A stretch of DNA of 64,000 nucleotides, taken from Pseudonocardia sp. GTDB lineage: Bacteria > Actinomycetota > Actinomycetes > Mycobacteriales > Pseudonocardiaceae. The notes under the pieces are model-generated. The model was not told the origin of the DNA, did not search any database, and saw only the letters and a program-made list of their open reading frames with translations. The stretch lies in assembly GCA_019244295.1 (NCBI GenBank), contig JAFASX010000025.1, positions 12,478-76,477 on the forward strand. The letters are read 5' to 3'. Made by a program: the position numbers and the translations under genes. Below, one piece after another: positions 60,406 through 64,000 of the stretch. Each line of letters opens with the position of its first letter. The first letter of the stretch is position 1.

Positions 60406-61920
60406 ATGGCCGCGCCAACCGATCACGTCGTGGTCGTGGGCGCCGGGCTGTCCGGCCTCGCGGCCACCCTACACCTACTAGGCGCCGGCCGACGGGTCAC
60501 GGTCTTGGAGCGTGCCGACCACCCAGGGGGAAGGGCCGGCCGGCTGGATCTACACGGGTCAGCCGGCGATTACCGCCTCGATACCGGGCCAGCCGTGTTG
60601 ACCATGCCCGAGATCGTCGACCGCACGCTCGCGGCGGTGGGCCAGAAGTTGTCCGACCGGGTTGAGCTGATCCGTCTGGACCCGGCATATCGTGCCCGCT
60701 TCGCGGACGGATCGACGATCGCTGTGCACACCGATCCGAAGGCTATGGAAGCTGAGATCGCGGCTGCGGTCGGCCCGCGCGACGCGGCCGGCTACCGGCG
60801 CCTGCGGCACTGGCTGAGCTCGCTGTATGAGACGGAGATCGATTCGTTCATCGGCGCGAACATGGACTCACCGATGAGCTTGCTGACACCTGACCTAGCC
60901 AGGCTGACTCGTCTTGGCGGATTCGGACGCCTCAGTCGGGTAGTCGGCCGATTCGTCCGGGACGACCGGCTCCGGCGGATCTTCACGTTTCAGGCGCTGT
61001 ATGCCGGCGTATCTCCGCTGAGCGCCCTCGCGGTCTACGGGGTCATCGCGTACATGGACACCGTCGCCGGGGTGTGGTTCCCACGCGGCGGGATGCGTGC
61101 GCTGCCGAGCGCGCTCGCCGACGCTGCCACCGAGGCCGGCGCGACGTTCCGCTATGGTGCGCGCGCGACTAGCCTGATTCGACGCCACGACCGCGCGGTC
61201 GCCGTGCGCTATCTCGCCGCGAACGGTGAGCTCAACCAGGTGGACGCGGATGCGGTGGTGCTAACGGCCGACCTCCCGGCAAGTTACCAACTGCTGGGCC
61301 GCGCGCCACGCAGACCGATACGCTTGCGCTGGGCGCCATCAGCTGTTGTGCTGCACACGGGAGGGCCGGCGCCGAAAAACGACGATCCGGCACGGGCCCA
61401 CCACACCATTTCCTTCGGGTCGGCGTGGGTCCAGACTTTCGATGAGATTCTACGCCGAGGCAAGCTGATGTCGGATCCGTCAATGCTGCTCACGACGCCG
61501 ACAGCTTCTGATCCCGAGTTGGCACCGCCGGGACACCAGCTGAACTACTTGCTAGCTCCCTGCCCGAACCTCGAGTGCGGCAGCGACCTGGACTGGTCCC
61601 GAATCGGCGCTGCCTACGCCGATGAGTTGCTCCAGATCGCGCACACTCGGGGCATCATCGGCCCCGGCTCGCGCCACGAGGTGTCGCTGCTCGTCACGCC
61701 AGCCGACTGGGCAGCCCAGGGTTTCGCCGCGGGAACGCCGTTCTCTGCGGCGCACACAATCGCCCAGACCGGACCCTTCCGCCCGGGCAACCGTCCGCCC
61801 GGATGGTCAAACGTTGTGCTCGCTGGCTGCGGGACCACCCCTGGCGTCGGCGTACCGCCAGCTTTGATCTCCGGACGATTGGCCGCCGAGCGGATCATCG
61901 GCGCTCGTGCCCGACGGTAA
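60406..61920 (+). CDS. crtI: Phytoene desaturase
   Basis: VVVVGAGLSGL; LDTGPAVLTMP; FTFQALYAG; WFPRGGM; QTGPFRP; GTTPGVGVP. Confidence 0.95.
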   Translation: MAAPTDHVVVVGAGLSGLAATLHLLGAGRRVTVLERADHPGGRAGRLDLHGSAGDYRLDTGPAVLTMPEIVDRTLAAVGQKLSDRVELIRLDPAYRARFADGSTIAVHTDPKAMEAEIAAAVGPRDAAGYRRLRHWLSSLYETEIDSFIGANMDSPMSLLTPDLARLTRLGGFGRLSRVVGRFVRDDRLRRIFTFQALYAGVSPLSALAVYGVIAYMDTVAGVWFPRGGMRALPSALADAATEAGATFRYGARATSLIRRHDRAVAVRYLAANGELNQVDADAVVLTADLPASYQLLGRAPRRPIRLRWAPSAVVLHTGGPAPKNDDPARAHHTISFGSAWVQTFDEILRRGKLMSDPSMLLTTPTASDPELAPPGHQLNYLLAPCPNLECGSDLDWSRIGAAYADELLQIAHTRGIIGPGSRHEVSLLVTPADWAAQGFAAGTPFSAAHTIAQTGPFRPGNRPPGWSNVVLAGCGTTPGVGVPPALISGRLAAERIIGARARR

Positions 61921-61964
61921 GACAGGCACCTGGGACTCGCGGTCGATCACCGGCATGCGAGCAT

Positions 61965-63635
61965 ATGTCGGAGATGACCTCCCAGCCACAGTTATCGCCG
62001 CCCCTGGAGCCTGTGTCGCCGCCCCCCGGGCCATCCAAGCCTGATGACGCCCTCAGCGCGGTGACCCACTCCGCGCCGATGACCAGCACCGTGGTTGCCC
62101 AGCCCGACGCGGACCCGATCATCCTCAGCCGACCGTCCCTTGGGCCGCGCACCGGTGGCGGTCGCCGCACCAAGCCACTGTTGCTTGGCTTGTGGGGCAG
62201 CGTGGTAATCGCTTTTGCCGGCATGGGGGCCGGCGGGAAGCTGGTCCGCGATCCGATCCTTGAGGGCACCCCATTGGTGGCCGCCAGGTTCGGCCACGGT
62301 TACGACCTTGCGGTCCTCGGCGTCTACCTCGGGCTGGGTTTGTTGGTATGGGCTTGGGTGTTGCTCGGGCGCGAGGTGCTGGCACGGCGGGCGGGTGGTC
62401 GCGTAGTGCTCAGGACGGCGGTGGTGTGGATCCTGCCGGTGGTGGCGGCGCCGCCGTTGTTCTCCCGTGACGTCTTCAGCTATCTCGCCTACGGCGAAAT
62501 GCCACTGCGCGGGTTCGATCCATACAGCGGCGGCCCAAGCGCGCTAACTGGGCCGATCGCGGACAACGTTCACTGGTTCTGGCAAGACACCCCGGCTGCC
62601 TACGGTCCGCTGTTCATTCTGCTCGCCAAGGGCGTCGTCTCGATAGCCGGCGAGAACATGGTCGTGGGCGTCATACTGATGCGACTGGTGATGATGGCGG
62701 GCCTGGTGCCGTTCGTCGCCGCGCTGCCCGGCCTGGTTCGGCATCTCGGTGGGCGAGCGTCGGTCGCGGTCTGGTTGGCGGTGGCCAATCCCGTGATGAT
62801 TCTGCATCTGGTCGGAGGTCCGCACAACGACCTGTTGGTGGTGGGGTTGCTCAGTAGCGGATGCCTCCTAGTACTCGACCGCAAGCACGCGGCCGGGATC
62901 GCCCTGGTCACCTTGGCCATGGCGGTCAAGGCCACCGCGGGGTTCGCGTTGCCATTCCTGGTGCTGGTCTGGGCAGCCCGCCTGGAAGGTCCACACCGCG
63001 TGCGGGTGGTGCGTGCGTCGGCCGCTGGGATCGGCGTTTTCCTCGTGGTGTTCACGGCGGTATCGGTGGCCGCCGGGGTGGGATTGGGTTGGCTGTCCGC
63101 GCTGAACGCGCCGTCCAACATCGTCAACTGGTTGTCGTTGCCGACCGGTGTCGGCCAAGTGCTACACACTGTGGCCGGGCTTTTGATCCCTGGCCTGCCG
63201 GAAATGCCATTCGTCATGGTGACCCGGGTAATCGGCGGCCTGGTGTTCCTCGTGATCGCGTTCAAGCAGTGGCGGGCCGCTAGCGCCGGCGGAGCGGACG
63301 CGGTGCGCCGTGCCGGCGTTGTGCTGATGTTGCTCGCCCTGCTATCCCCAGCGACCCTGCCCTGGTATTACTCGTGGGGTATGGCTCTGCTCGCCGCTGT
63401 GCCGTGGACCGCGGCCGCCATGTCCCGGGTGATCTTCATGTCCGTCTTCCTCGTCGTGGCCGCCTTTCCGTCCGGCGAGGTCGCCCTGTACGCATTTGGT
63501 TACTTGGCCCTCATGCTCATCGGCGCGGTGATCGCGGCCAAATCGTTGCGCTCTCCTGACCCATTGGGCCAGTGGTCAGAGCAGCGAGATTTAACGTCAG
63601 GACGACGCGAGTCCAGCCATCAGCCGGCCGGCTGA
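61965..63635 (+). CDS. mptA: GT-C alpha-(1->6)-mannopyranosyltransferase (MptA/MptB family); start uncertain
   Basis: PPLFSRDVFSYLAYG; AYGPLF; NPVMILHLVGGPHNDLL; AVKATA; PWYYSW; many TMs. Confidence 0.88.
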   Translation: MSEMTSQPQLSPPLEPVSPPPGPSKPDDALSAVTHSAPMTSTVVAQPDADPIILSRPSLGPRTGGGRRTKPLLLGLWGSVVIAFAGMGAGGKLVRDPILEGTPLVAARFGHGYDLAVLGVYLGLGLLVWAWVLLGREVLARRAGGRVVLRTAVVWILPVVAAPPLFSRDVFSYLAYGEMPLRGFDPYSGGPSALTGPIADNVHWFWQDTPAAYGPLFILLAKGVVSIAGENMVVGVILMRLVMMAGLVPFVAALPGLVRHLGGRASVAVWLAVANPVMILHLVGGPHNDLLVVGLLSSGCLLVLDRKHAAGIALVTLAMAVKATAGFALPFLVLVWAARLEGPHRVRVVRASAAGIGVFLVVFTAVSVAAGVGLGWLSALNAPSNIVNWLSLPTGVGQVLHTVAGLLIPGLPEMPFVMVTRVIGGLVFLVIAFKQWRAASAGGADAVRRAGVVLMLLALLSPATLPWYYSWGMALLAAVPWTAAAMSRVIFMSVFLVVAAFPSGEVALYAFGYLALMLIGAVIAAKSLRSPDPLGQWSEQRDLTSGRRESSHQPAG

Positions 63636-63661
63636 TGGCTGGACCGGGGCTGATGGCTGGA
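63612..63661. repeat. Perfect 32-bp palindrome plus a duplicate of its right arm at the mptA-crtB junction
   Basis: tccagccatcagccgg|ccggctgatggctgga (63612-43); ggctgatggctgga repeated at 63648-61. Confidence 0.92.
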
Positions 63662-64000
63662 TCGTCGGTCTGGGAGCTCGATGCGGCCGGCATCACTAGT
63701 GCCTCTTTGCGGTCCGCCTACCGATATTGCAAGACCCTCAACGCCATCCACGGTCGTACTTTTTATCTGGCCACCAGGCTGCTCGCGCCCGCGCAACGGC
63801 CTTTCGTACATGCCCTGTACGGGTTCGCGCGATACGCCGATGAGGTCGTCGATGCCCGACACAACCCGCGCTCGGCAGCCGCCCAAGCCGCCGAGCTGAA
63901 CATCCTGGCAGCTAACCTGAGTGCCACTCTAGATGGACAGCCCGCGACCAACCCGGTCCTCGTCGCGGTGGCTGACACCGCGCGGCGATACCAGCTGAAT
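63635..64000 (+). CDS. crtB: Phytoene synthase (5' part, truncated by the window edge; not in the ORF track)
   Basis: ATG 63635 (TGATG overlap) or in-frame ATG 63653; ELDAAGIT...AYRYC..LNAIHGRTFYLATRLL...VHALYGFARYADEVVD. Confidence 0.93.
   Translation, partial: MAGPGLMAGSSVWELDAAGITSASLRSAYRYCKTLNAIHGRTFYLATRLLAPAQRPFVHALYGFARYADEVVDARHNPRSAAAQAAELNILAANLSATLDGQPATNPVLVAVADTARRYQLN

Noticed and set aside
1-64000. CRISPR arrays, tRNA and rRNA genes
   Set aside because: No repeat-spacer periodicity or tRNA/rRNA signatures noticed. All repeats found have 2-5 copies without unique spacers. A tRNAscan/Infernal run would be needed to exclude them fully.

Overview
High-GC actinobacterial chromosome segment, most like Pseudonocardiaceae judging by gene order and protein style. 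The conserved backbone is: dnaE; the rluA-lspA region; a K+/H+ antiporter; an Lrp-ddaH-rocD arginine/ornithine cluster; ileS with its translational T-box; the dcw cluster (mraZ-rsmH-ftsL-ftsI-murE-murF-mraY-murD-ftsW-murG-murC-ftsQ-ftsZ-pgeF-yggS-sepF-[decayed yggT]-wag31); moxR-DUF58-transglutaminase; DUF3040; parA-like; GNAT-lppM; and a crtE-crtI-mptA-crtB cluster running off the right edge. Two accessory zones stand out. (i) 0-3.9 kb holds a broken benzoate-CoA ligase and a 2TM-STAND NTPase-TPR gene. (ii) About 7.4-17.4 kb, between dnaE and the rluA operon, holds a serine hydrolase, a Uma2 nuclease bracketed by 51-bp direct repeats, a divergent RHH/PemK-like toxin-antitoxin pair, resolvase, integrase, IS3 and PCMT debris, a 4TM gene coupled to an EACC1-like fragment, an XRE-helical repeat regulator with GNAT, and small ORFs. 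Non-coding signals include a perfect LexA box, two oppositely oriented MraZ-type repeat arrays, a 45-bp duplication of the parA promoter/start, and a perfect 32-bp palindrome at the mptA-crtB junction. No tRNA, rRNA or CRISPR array was recognised. All family assignments come from motif recognition by eye, with no database searches. Several start codons were re-chosen relative to the ORF track.
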